Below the pieces are notes generated by a model, which saw only the letters and a list, made by a program, of their open reading frames with translations, was not told the DNA's origin and ran no database searches. A stretch of 64,000 nucleotides of DNA from Candidatus Kaiserbacteria bacterium. Its GTDB lineage: Bacteria; Patescibacteriota; Minisyncoccia; Phycocordibacterales; Phycocordibacteraceae. Below, in pieces: positions 1-8,660 of the stretch (within the stretch, counting starts at the first letter, position 1; each line of letters starts with the position of its first letter). The stretch is from NCBI GenBank assembly GCA_026396715.1, contig JAPLWH010000014.1, positions 8,063-72,062 of the forward strand, in the 5' to 3' direction. A program made the position numbers and the translations under genes.

Positions 1-1
1 G

Positions 2-1213
2 TATGGCTTCCCTGCTCGGAAACTCATCGTCATCGGTATTACCGGCACCAAAGGAAAGTCGACGACCGCCGATATGCTTTTCGGAATCCTGCGCGAAGCG
101 GGATACACGACCGCCCTTCTCTCTACTATTCGTTTTGCGATCGGAGATGATTCAGAACCGAATCTCTACAAGATGTCCCTCCCAGGACGCGGCTTCGCAC
201 AAGCGTTCATGCACCGGGCGCTTCGGGCCGGTTGTACGCACCTTATTATCGAACTAACCTCCGAGAGCGTCCTGCAATACCGACATCTATTCCTCGACCT
301 CGACGCGCTCATCGTGACCAATATCCAACGCGAGCACATTGAGAGCCATGGCTCCTTCGAGAACTATGTCGCGGCGAAACGTGCGATTGTTGCTACGCTC
401 GCTCGCTCGCCAAAGCGCGAGACGATACTTGTGACCAATGAAGACATCCCTGAGAGTCGCGCATTCCTCTCCGCACACGTCTCACGCGCAATCGGCTTCA
501 GCGCAACAGAAATCGAACGACTGCATACGGATGATCGGAGTGCCGATTTTGAATACGCACAGACACACATCTCTCTTCCTCTACCAGGATCTTTCAATGC
601 ACTGAATGCACTCGCGACGCTAAAACTTTGCGAAGCATTCCGCATTCCGCTGTCTACCGCGGCGACTGCGCTCGCGACACTTCCCGTTGTGCGCGGCCGC
701 GTCGAACACATCGATGCGGGGCAGAATTTCCTCGTCGTCGTCGACTATGCGCACACCCCGGACTCGCTCCAAGCGCTCTACGATGCTTTCCCTGCGAAAC
801 GCAAAATCTGCGTCCTCGGGAACACCGGCGGCGGGCGCGACACATGGAAACGTCCGTTGATGGGTCGCATCGCGGATGAAGCGTGCGAGAAAGTCATTCT
901 CACAAATGAAGACCCCTACGATGAAGACCCACGCACAATCGTCGACGCGATGGTGCGCAACATGAAGCACGAGCCTGAAATCATCATGGACCGCCGTGAG
1001 GCTATTCGCGCGGCTCTGCAACTTGCTCTGAGCTTATCGAAGGACGCGCAACCCCTCGACTCTGCTCGGGGTGCCGGAAATAAGGACGTTGCTGTTCTTA
1101 TTTCCGGGAAAGGCACTGACCCATTCATCATGGGCGCGCACGGTACGAAAACACCATGGAGCGATGCGCGCGTCGCCCGCGAAGAACTCGAACGACTTCT
1201 CACTAAAGTTTGA
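2..1213 (+). CDS. murE: Mur ligase, UDP-N-acetylmuramoyl-tripeptide ligase (MurE-like); 5' end lies outside the window
   Basis: The frame is open from the window edge. It has the P-loop GITGTKGKSTT and a DYAHTPDSL motif typical of MurE-type Mur ligases. Confidence 0.75.
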   Translation, partial: YGFPARKLIVIGITGTKGKSTTADMLFGILREAGYTTALLSTIRFAIGDDSEPNLYKMSLPGRGFAQAFMHRALRAGCTHLIIELTSESVLQYRHLFLDLDALIVTNIQREHIESHGSFENYVAAKRAIVATLARSPKRETILVTNEDIPESRAFLSAHVSRAIGFSATEIERLHTDDRSADFEYAQTHISLPLPGSFNALNALATLKLCEAFRIPLSTAATALATLPVVRGRVEHIDAGQNFLVVVDYAHTPDSLQALYDAFPAKRKICVLGNTGGGRDTWKRPLMGRIADEACEKVILTNEDPYDEDPRTIVDAMVRNMKHEPEIIMDRREAIRAALQLALSLSKDAQPLDSARGAGNKDVAVLISGKGTDPFIMGAHGTKTPWSDARVAREELERLLTKV

Positions 1214-1225
1214 TACTATACCCCC

Positions 1226-2179
1226 ATGAGTGATATGCATGACGCGTGGTTTTTCGTAGGTATCTTCGTCTTTATCTTTCTCCTATGGATCGCGACTGGC
1301 GGCCCCCTGCACCCCATCGCCTTTACCGGCCCAAAACTTGCCTCGCCGGGAGTACTTGGCGGCGGAACCTATCTCTCGCTTCCGCGGTCGCCTTATGGCG
1401 TCGGCGGCACGAATATCTCACTTCCCGGATCATCGAGCGGCGGCGGCGCTTTAGACACGGAAGCTTCCCTCCCCATCTTGAGCGGCGCGAGCTTCGGCGC
1501 ACCATCACTCTATCGTTCGATCATTAGAATGAATCACTCTATCTCTGGCGCAAGCTCCAATGATCCAGGGAACGAATACCTGGAAATCTCCGTATCCCAG
1601 AACGCCGGCATGCCCGTCAATCTTTCGGAGTGGTCGCTCAGAAGCGACGCAACCGGCAGCTCGGTGAATATCCCGAAAGGGACCGAAGTGCCGACCTCCG
1701 GCGTCGTAAATGCAAAAGAGAGCATTGTACTTGCACCGGGAGACCGAGCAATCATCATTTCCGGACAATCCCCTATCGGAGCCTCTTTCCGAGAAAATAA
1801 ATGCATCGGTTATTTCAGCACCTTCCAGAAATTCTATCCATCCCTGCCGCAGAACTGTCCACTGCCCACAAATGAACTTACTTCGTTCTATGGCGCCAGC
1901 TATATCCACGACACTGCCTGCATCGAAAGTGTTGATAAAATCTCGCGCTGCCAAGTCATGCTCTCACCGCCCGCCAACGTTTCAAATACCTGTCAAAACT
2001 TTATGGTGAAATATCTCAATTACAACGGATGCGTCGAAGCCCACCGCAAAGACGCCGATTTCCTCGGCAACACTTGGCGCATCTACCTCGGTCGCACGAA
2101 CTCGATGTGGCGCTCGAAATACGAAGTTGTGAAGCTACTCGACGTAAACGGAAAAACGGTCGACGCATTCAGCTACTAG
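1226..2179 (+). CDS. membrane-anchored/secreted hypothetical protein with lamin-tail-like (LTD) segment and Cys-rich C-terminus
   Basis: N-terminal TM helix (FFVGIFVFIFLLWIA). The segment NEYLEISVSQN...VNLSEWSLRS resembles LTD domains. The C-terminus is rich in cysteines. Confidence 0.45.
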   Translation: MSDMHDAWFFVGIFVFIFLLWIATGGPLHPIAFTGPKLASPGVLGGGTYLSLPRSPYGVGGTNISLPGSSSGGGALDTEASLPILSGASFGAPSLYRSIIRMNHSISGASSNDPGNEYLEISVSQNAGMPVNLSEWSLRSDATGSSVNIPKGTEVPTSGVVNAKESIVLAPGDRAIIISGQSPIGASFRENKCIGYFSTFQKFYPSLPQNCPLPTNELTSFYGASYIHDTACIESVDKISRCQVMLSPPANVSNTCQNFMVKYLNYNGCVEAHRKDADFLGNTWRIYLGRTNSMWRSKYEVVKLLDVNGKTVDAFSY

Positions 2180-3009
2180 CTTTTAAAAGATTTAATAGCT
2201 TGCTTGAGCAGTTCTCTTTTTTCTATATGTTTCTTCCATCGGCTGTTTGAGCGATTCCCGTTCATGTATACACCCGATGAAAAATTTATTTCCTGCTCAA
2301 ATCGCATCAGGTTTTCTTTTCCCACGATCACTACTTCATTTGGCTTTACCACGTGCGAATCGATACATACCTCGACGAGGATGGCTCGAATGAGTTTGAG
2401 AATACCGACATCTTTCTGGTAGCCGCGTATACTCCTTCTATTTTCCTCAGGTCGATAATCGATACAACCTTCATCATCGAAAAATGCCCGCAGGAACTCG
2501 CGCTTGCAGTCGAGCGACATACTCCTAACGAGTCGTAACAATTCTTTTGACTTCGTATGCAGGTAAGAGCTCAACGCTACATTGTTATAAGTGATACGTG
2601 ATACTCCGGTCATTTTATTGTAATATCGGCTCGGCTCGAAGTCATACCACTCATGCATGAGCTGTTCGACCCGCTCGATGAGTGCCGTACTTCGATTATT
2701 ATAGGCACATCTGGTGCGAGCAATCTCTCCATCGAAGAGCAGGTGTGCAATAAGAAGCACTGAATCGACGGACCATTCGTCGAAGGTCTTGAACGCACGC
2801 GCACTCTTCCCTTTCCGAGCAAGTGCGAATTTTCTTATTCGTTCTCCGGAAGCAGCTTTATATTGCCGCACACGTTCTTTGCTCAAAGGAATGTCTTTGA
2901 TGTGCGTGTGAATAGAACTTTTTGCTCTGCCGGTCGCCTTCATAATTTCAATAATGCTGTAACCCTCCTTTCGCAAGGCTATACATTGCTCTTTGAAAGA
3001 AGTTTTCAT
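2176..3009 (-). CDS. HTH + LAGLIDADG-type homing-endonuclease-like protein (paralog 1)
   Basis: N-terminal HTH (YSIIEIMKATGRAKSSIH). Two LAGLIDADG-like motifs (HLLFDGEI, FLRAFFDDEGCI). The start codon lies 2 nt after the tRNA-Lys 3' end on the same strand. Confidence 0.6.
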   Translation of the reverse strand: MKTSFKEQCIALRKEGYSIIEIMKATGRAKSSIHTHIKDIPLSKERVRQYKAASGERIRKFALARKGKSARAFKTFDEWSVDSVLLIAHLLFDGEIARTRCAYNNRSTALIERVEQLMHEWYDFEPSRYYNKMTGVSRITYNNVALSSYLHTKSKELLRLVRSMSLDCKREFLRAFFDDEGCIDYRPEENRRSIRGYQKDVGILKLIRAILVEVCIDSHVVKPNEVVIVGKENLMRFEQEINFSSGVYMNGNRSNSRWKKHIEKRELLKQAIKSFKS

Positions 3010-3010
3010 G

Positions 3011-3084
3011 TGCGCCCGGATGGATTTGAACCATCGACCAACGGATTAAAAGTCCGATGCTCTACCAGGCTGAGCTACGGGCGC
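3011..3084 (-). tRNA. tRNA-Lys (anticodon UUU)
   Basis: Cloverleaf GCGCCCG/CGGGCGC acceptor, anticodon loop CUUUUAA, T-loop TTCAAAT. No encoded CCA. Confidence 0.85.
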
Positions 3085-3257
3085 GTAGTGAGGTGGAACA
3101 AAACAAGTCTGCTTGATTTTGTTCCCGCCGAACGAGCGGCCGTATGGATTACCATACGGGCGCGTAGTGAAACCCTACCATCTCTCACTTATTCCGACGA
3201 CTCCCTTTAGATACTACCATACGCAGGTTCGTAAATCTGCCGGGCGCACTGATATAC

Positions 3258-3291
3258 AAAAAGGCCATGTCCTCGGACATGGCCTTTTTCT
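3258..3291. terminator. bidirectional Rho-independent terminator hairpin
   Basis: aaaaaggccatgtcc-tcg-gacatggccttttt: a perfect 15-bp stem flanked by an A-tract and a T-tract. Confidence 0.7.
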
Positions 3292-3300
3292 TTGCTGTTC

Positions 3301-3714
3301 TTACCTAGAAAGATTGGCGACAGTAGCCGTCTGTCTATAAACGAGATACTTGCGCGCGCGAGGATCGTCTACCACCTTCGCGATTTCTTCAGAAGAAAAA
3401 AGTTGCGGCGCTTGGACGCTGAGTCGCACGCTTTCTTCCACAAACTCCCGCCAGCCGGGCGAACCGGGCGCGAAGAGGTCTCTAATCGTGCGATACAGAG
3501 CATCGGCCCACTCTGGGCGAGATGCCGCGCAAACGAGAATTCTAGCCATCGATAAACGATGCGACTGGTGCCGGACGAACGCTCGCATGATTTGCCTCGC
3601 CTTCTTGAGCGTAGGGATGTTCTCGAGGCATTTTGCCGCACCTTCATTCGAGAGAGCTACGGAAAGGACAGCCTCCACATCTTTCCCCAAAGCTGCATGC
3701 CGCGCGTACCTCAT
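3301..3714 (-). CDS. hypothetical protein
   Basis: 137-aa ORF with GGAGG 6 nt upstream of the ATG. The terminator lies downstream. No recognisable domain. Confidence 0.45.
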   Translation of the reverse strand: MRYARHAALGKDVEAVLSVALSNEGAAKCLENIPTLKKARQIMRAFVRHQSHRLSMARILVCAASRPEWADALYRTIRDLFAPGSPGWREFVEESVRLSVQAPQLFSSEEIAKVVDDPRARKYLVYRQTATVANLSR

Positions 3715-3819
3715 TGAGAACCTCCTGCGGCGCTGCCGCTTCAGTGGTAGACTGCGCGCGTCGCTTATGCAACCGCGCCTGCTTCCGACTAGATGATAGC
3801 AGAATACGACCCTCGCGCG

Positions 3820-4584
3820 TTATAGGTCCACCACCAACGGCGCATGGTCTGAAACCTCATCAGGCAACACTTTGAAATCCTTTACCTGCACCCCTTTCGT
3901 CACAAACACATAGTCCGCATATTTCTCGGACTTCGTATAAAATGAAGTGCGCGTAGAGAGTACTCCATATTCTTTTATCAAATTTCTTAAACCCGCTCTT
4001 TCAAATAGCTTCACACTCTCTGTATCGGGCAATAAATTGAAATCGCCGCATAGCACGTACTCCCCATCGAGTTTCGACGTAAACTCAAGAATGTTTTTCG
4101 ACTGCTGAATCCGCTCTTCGGTATCTGTCTTACCTTTCCCGTTCCAGAGACCATGGAAATTTATAACCGTCAGCGGCTTCGTAGCCGTGGCAATCGTCAC
4201 ATATTGAATGGATCTGGCATGATCGCCTATATCGATTTCTGAACTATACCCTTTCTGTTTGTACACAAAAAACTCTCCCTCTGTACTGACTTGGAATTCT
4301 TTTCGTACCAGCATCAACAGACCATAATTTTCCCCGAGAAGCGGTCGAAAAAATGTCGCATGATTGGGCAAGACGGCAGAAATCTCTCGTAAAGCGTATA
4401 CCATAGTCTGTTCATTATTCAGTACGACGCCACCCGCGAGACATCCCTCAAGGTAAGGATAGGGTTCAGCCCATATTTCCTGCAAGCAAAAGATATCCGT
4501 CGTATCTGCGTACTTTTTAAAAAAATCCAGGAGCTTCTCCTTCCCCGCTCGCCCGCCCCAGGTGTTGAGAGAAATAATTCGCAT
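3820..4584 (-). CDS. endonuclease/exonuclease/phosphatase (EEP) family protein
   Basis: Motifs CLQEI, LCGDFNLLPDT and C-terminal SDHAPLVVDL. Start taken at the internal MRIISLNTWGG. Confidence 0.7.
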   Translation of the reverse strand: MRIISLNTWGGRAGKEKLLDFFKKYADTTDIFCLQEIWAEPYPYLEGCLAGGVVLNNEQTMVYALREISAVLPNHATFFRPLLGENYGLLMLVRKEFQVSTEGEFFVYKQKGYSSEIDIGDHARSIQYVTIATATKPLTVINFHGLWNGKGKTDTEERIQQSKNILEFTSKLDGEYVLCGDFNLLPDTESVKLFERAGLRNLIKEYGVLSTRTSFYTKSEKYADYVFVTKGVQVKDFKVLPDEVSDHAPLVVDL

Positions 4585-4594
4585 AGCAAAAATG

Positions 4595-5287
4595 CTAGAT
4601 CGAGAGCGCGAAGCGCTCGAGGGAGAGCGAGAGATCCGCGTTCCCGCGACGAGCATTCTGCAGGAGCTCGATGAGTGCGAGCGATAATCGTCGCGATTCT
4701 CTCGGCTGCCACGCCCGACTTCCCTTAGCCATCAGGTCGCGCGCTTTCCAATGCAAAAGCCCGTGAAGCATTTCGGGAGCATCGCCAGCTATAAGCGCGC
4801 GGTTGATCTCGAGCCAGAGTTTTTCACGCGAACGCGTTTCGAGCGCATTTGCCAGATTCCCATTGAAGCCGCGCGCGGCTGTGCGCACGGTCGAAATGTC
4901 GAACCGATACTCGACCTTCGCTTTCGCCGCAATCTTCTTTGCTTTCGCTGACGCAAGTTTCGGCGCGAGAATGAGAATTGCATTATCGGACGTGGCGAGC
5001 GCATCCAGCGCGTCTTCAAAGACACTGCTCGAAACATCTTTTTCTTCATCCTCGCCCTCATCGCTTACCGCGGGCGTCGCCGGAAGCGGGTCATCGATGA
5101 GCACCAGAAGCCGCGACACAAAAAGCCCCCCTGAAAGCGCCGCGTCCTCAAGCGTCGCTGCGGAAAGTTCTTCGCGCGTCAGGCGCGCATACGCGAGGTT
5201 CGGCTCTTTCGCACGAGCTTTTGCGACCCATTCAAATGCTTTCGTGCGGACTTTTTCAACGTCTGAACCGTAAAAGAAATAAATCAT
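4595..5287 (-). CDS. holA: DNA polymerase III delta subunit-like (HolA-like)
   Basis: N-terminus MIYFFYGSD resembles the HolA N-terminal motif. Its ATG overlaps the polA stop (ATGA). Confidence 0.5.
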   Translation of the reverse strand: MIYFFYGSDVEKVRTKAFEWVAKARAKEPNLAYARLTREELSAATLEDAALSGGLFVSRLLVLIDDPLPATPAVSDEGEDEEKDVSSSVFEDALDALATSDNAILILAPKLASAKAKKIAAKAKVEYRFDISTVRTAARGFNGNLANALETRSREKLWLEINRALIAGDAPEMLHGLLHWKARDLMAKGSRAWQPRESRRLSLALIELLQNARRGNADLSLSLERFALSI

Positions 5288-7698
5288 AGTGAACGCATGG
5301 AACCCCAGTCAGGGCCGGATTTTACCACCGCGAGAATCGGCACATCGTGGGTTGCGGTCGACGACAAGACCGACTCCATGATCTGTTTTATTTTTTCGCC
5401 AAGCGCCGCGATACGTTCGGTGCGAATCTCATAGACGAGTTCGTCGTGCACCTGAAGAAGCAAGTACGCATCCTGGGACGACCCTTCTTTTTCAAGCATC
5501 TCGTCGATACGCACCATCGCAAGCTTGATGATGTCCGCCTGCGTCCCTTGGATCGGTGCATTCACCGCCATACGCTCAGCCTGCGCCCGCACGTACGGCA
5601 ATGACGATTTCATCTCCGGGAACTGGCGGCGTCGCCCGAACAAAGTCTCCGTATAGCCGTGCTTCCTTGCGAAGCCGCGCGTGCTCTCGAGATATTCAGA
5701 AAGCGTCTTGAAGGTCGTGAAATAGTCTTCGAGATACTGATGCGCTTCGGCGGTCGTCGAGCCGAGCTGCCCGCGAAGCGCATTCACACCCATGCCATAG
5801 AGGATGCCAAAGTTGATGACTTTCGCGCGGCGGCGCATCTCGGCGTCGACGGATTCGGGAGCGACATGGAACACTTGCGCGGCGACCTCTCGGTGCACAT
5901 CCCTCCCGCTCCGGAATATGCTACAGAGCTTCTTATCCCCCGAGAGGATCGCCGCGAGACGCAGCTCAATCTGCGAGTAGTCGAGCGCAACGAGCGTAAA
6001 GCCTGCGGGTGCGACGAAGGCGTGACGTATCATCCTGCCCCTCTCAGAATGCAACGGGATATTCTGCAGGTTCGGATTCTGGCTCGACATGCGGCCGGTC
6101 GTCGTACCCGTCTGAAGGAATTGCGCATGCAGACGATGTTCCGCATCGAGGAGTGGCGGAAGATTCTCGATGTACGTCGAGAGCAGCTTCTTTACTTCGC
6201 GATATTCGAGAATGTCATTGATAACCGGATGCATATCGCGAATCTTCTCGAGCTCGCTTTCGCGCGTCGAACGCTGTCCGCCAGCCGTCTTCTTCTGTTT
6301 CTCGGGAATGATTTTCAATTCATCAAAAAGTACTTCTCCGAGCTGTTTAGGAGAGTTCACATTGAACTCGCGTCCCGCGGCGGCGTAGATGCGCTTCTCG
6401 AGCGCTTCGAGCTCAGCGCGATAGGTCGTCGCGAGACCACCAAGCACCTTCGGGTCAATGAGCACGCCGCGTGCCTCCATCTTCCCTATGACCGGTATGA
6501 GTGGTTTCTCGATTTGTGCGTAGACCTCGCGCACCTTGCCCATGGCAGACAATTGTTTTTCAAGCTCCGCGCGCGCCGCGGCGAACGTTCGCTCTTTCGT
6601 GAAAGCGAGGATGTCGTCGAGTGATGGATTCGTAAACTCAGATGAGATGAGCCAAAGCATCACGCCCGCCTCCGCGAGAGCGATCGGGTCGACGTCTTCT
6701 GGAGCAGGTTCAGGCACTGCGACAAAATCAGACGCCGCGCTTGGAAATGAGGTAGCACTCGGGGACGGCGCAAGCACGCTCCGCACGCGATCCTTCAGCG
6801 AACGAAACCCAAACTCGTCGCACATCAAAAATACTTTCGCCAGTTCCGCCGACTCGCGCCACAGACGCTCTGGCAAGACGAATGCAATCGGCGCATCCAG
6901 CCGTATCGTCGCGAGCGATTTCGAAAAGAGCGCCGCCTCCTCATTATCTAAAACAAGCTGCACATACCGCTTTTGAATACCCGCTTCTTTTGCGACCGCC
7001 TCAACACCTTTCTTTTTGAGCGTCTTGTAGATAGCGTCAAGATCTCCGTAATTCTGAATCAGCTTGAGCGCACTCCCTTCGCCGACACCGGGTACTCCCT
7101 GTATGTTATCGGACGGGTCGCCCATGATACCTTTCAAATCTCGAATGAGCGTTGGAGGGAAACCGAATCGCTCCACAACTTTTTCCTCATCATACAAAAT
7201 AGTGTCATTGATACCCTTCTTCAGCGTGAAAACGCGCACGCGCTCGTCGTCGACAAGCTGCAGCATGTCCATATCTCCCGAGGCGATGATGACGTCGATC
7301 CCTTCTTCCCGCAGCTCATGCGCGATAGTGCCGAGCAAGTCGTCTGCCTCGAATCCCTCCCGCTCATACATTGGGATTGAGAACGCCTCGAAGACCTTGC
7401 GCGACTCCTGAATCTGGAGCACGAGCGCATCGTCGGTCTTCCCGCGCGTTCCCTTGTATCCTTCGAACGCTTCGTGGCGAATGGTCGGTTTCGGCAAGTC
7501 AAAGCACGCGGCGATGTAATCGGGCTTCAGGTCGGTGATGATCTTCAGGAGCATCGTGACAAGCCCGTAGAGCGCGCCCGTTGGGGCACCCGTCGGACCG
7601 GTTAATTCTGCCGAGGCGAGCGCATGGTACGCGCGATGGATGATCGCGTGCGTATCCAAAAGCACGATGCGTTTGTTTTTTAAGATTTTTTTACTCAT
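5284..7698 (-). CDS. polA: DNA polymerase I
   Basis: 5'-3' exonuclease N-terminus (RIVLLDTHAIIHRAYHA), 3'-5' exonuclease-like domain, and polymerase motifs (RRRAKVINFGILYG, QVHDELVYE). Start set at MSKKIL. Confidence 0.9.
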   Translation of the reverse strand: MSKKILKNKRIVLLDTHAIIHRAYHALASAELTGPTGAPTGALYGLVTMLLKIITDLKPDYIAACFDLPKPTIRHEAFEGYKGTRGKTDDALVLQIQESRKVFEAFSIPMYEREGFEADDLLGTIAHELREEGIDVIIASGDMDMLQLVDDERVRVFTLKKGINDTILYDEEKVVERFGFPPTLIRDLKGIMGDPSDNIQGVPGVGEGSALKLIQNYGDLDAIYKTLKKKGVEAVAKEAGIQKRYVQLVLDNEEAALFSKSLATIRLDAPIAFVLPERLWRESAELAKVFLMCDEFGFRSLKDRVRSVLAPSPSATSFPSAASDFVAVPEPAPEDVDPIALAEAGVMLWLISSEFTNPSLDDILAFTKERTFAAARAELEKQLSAMGKVREVYAQIEKPLIPVIGKMEARGVLIDPKVLGGLATTYRAELEALEKRIYAAAGREFNVNSPKQLGEVLFDELKIIPEKQKKTAGGQRSTRESELEKIRDMHPVINDILEYREVKKLLSTYIENLPPLLDAEHRLHAQFLQTGTTTGRMSSQNPNLQNIPLHSERGRMIRHAFVAPAGFTLVALDYSQIELRLAAILSGDKKLCSIFRSGRDVHREVAAQVFHVAPESVDAEMRRRAKVINFGILYGMGVNALRGQLGSTTAEAHQYLEDYFTTFKTLSEYLESTRGFARKHGYTETLFGRRRQFPEMKSSLPYVRAQAERMAVNAPIQGTQADIIKLAMVRIDEMLEKEGSSQDAYLLLQVHDELVYEIRTERIAALGEKIKQIMESVLSSTATHDVPILAVVKSGPDWGSMRSL

Positions 7699-8143
7699 AG
7701 GAAATCGTGCGCGAACCGTCCGTATGCGCGACAAAAGAAAGCTTCTTGAACGGCGTCGGGAGTGCGTCCGCAACCTTCTCCGGCCACTCAAGCAAAATGA
7801 GATTCCCTTCGTCTCGCATCAACTCGTCAAAACCGAGCGGCGCAAGATCACCCCCCTTCTCAAGCCGGTACGCATCGATATGAACAAGTCGCGCGAACTT
7901 GGAAGTTGAACTTCCAAGTTCGCGCGACAGCAGGTAGATTTTCTCGAGGACGAATGTCGGGCTCGTGACAATTTCTTCGACACCAAGTGCGCGAGCAACC
8001 GCTTTCGTAAAAGCCGTCTTTCCTGCCCCGAGTTCGCCCGAGAGCGTGATGAGCGTCGCGCCTCGCGACTGCGGCGCGAGCACGCCGACGAAATTTGCCG
8101 CCTCCGCTTCAAGCTCTTCCAGCGTCCGGATTGTTTTCTCCAT
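7691..8143 (-). CDS. tsaE: tRNA threonylcarbamoyladenosine biosynthesis protein TsaE
   Basis: P-loop LSGELGAGKTAFTKAVARALG. About 150 aa from the internal Met. Overlaps the polA start by 8 nt. Confidence 0.75.
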   Translation of the reverse strand: MEKTIRTLEELEAEAANFVGVLAPQSRGATLITLSGELGAGKTAFTKAVARALGVEEIVTSPTFVLEKIYLLSRELGSSTSKFARLVHIDAYRLEKGGDLAPLGFDELMRDEGNLILLEWPEKVADALPTPFKKLSFVAHTDGSRTISYE

Positions 8144-8216
8144 GTAACGCAATTGTACCGCTGAAAAGGAAAAGCCGCTCACCCCTTTCAGGATGAGCGG
8201 CTTTGATAACGAGTGT

Positions 8217-8522
8217 TTACCAAGGGCATGAACCATACGAGCCATACGGACCATACGAACCAGGGAAGGGGTAAAATGGCCAGAACTGATTGGAAGGACA
8301 GGGTTTCCTTTTAGGAGTAGGCGGCGTCGGCACTCGACACACCTTTTCGTTTGTGCTCTCATTTGTCTCCAATTGCGCCGGGAATTCGCAAAAACACTTC
8401 TTTGTCTGGCAGTCCATCGGTATGCGTGCGCGCTTCGGAGGCGCCTCATATTCCGTCGCGCAACCACTCAGCACTAGCAAGACGATGCAACCGAGCAAAG
8501 CAAGCCAATATTCACGTTTCAT
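8217..8522 (-). CDS. small lipoprotein with YGPYGSYGS C-terminal repeat
   Basis: Signal peptide with lipobox LLVLSGC. The C-terminal tail is encoded by a CCATACG-like tandem repeat. Confidence 0.5.
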   Translation of the reverse strand: MKREYWLALLGCIVLLVLSGCATEYEAPPKRARIPMDCQTKKCFCEFPAQLETNESTNEKVCRVPTPPTPKRKPCPSNQFWPFYPFPGSYGPYGSYGSCPW

Positions 8523-8660
8523 ACCCACCTCCCTTCTCTTTAGTAATTTGAATGTCAGCTGATTCTCTGCCAGAGATTATACTACCATTTATACTAAAAT
8601 GTCAAGATATCCCCTCTTCTCGGCTCTCGATGGTAGTATCTACTCTGTTATCATCTCTAC

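Noticed and set aside
5659-6624. 321-aa plus-strand ORF and several other long ORFs antisense to polA
   Set aside because: High GC generates long antisense frames. polA on the minus strand is fully supported by conserved motifs.
8529-8660. Candidate divergent promoters between the lipoprotein gene and pilB (TTGAAT ... TTATACT, TAGTAT)
   Set aside because: Spacings are 23 nt or lack a matching -35. Not convincing enough to report as a feature.
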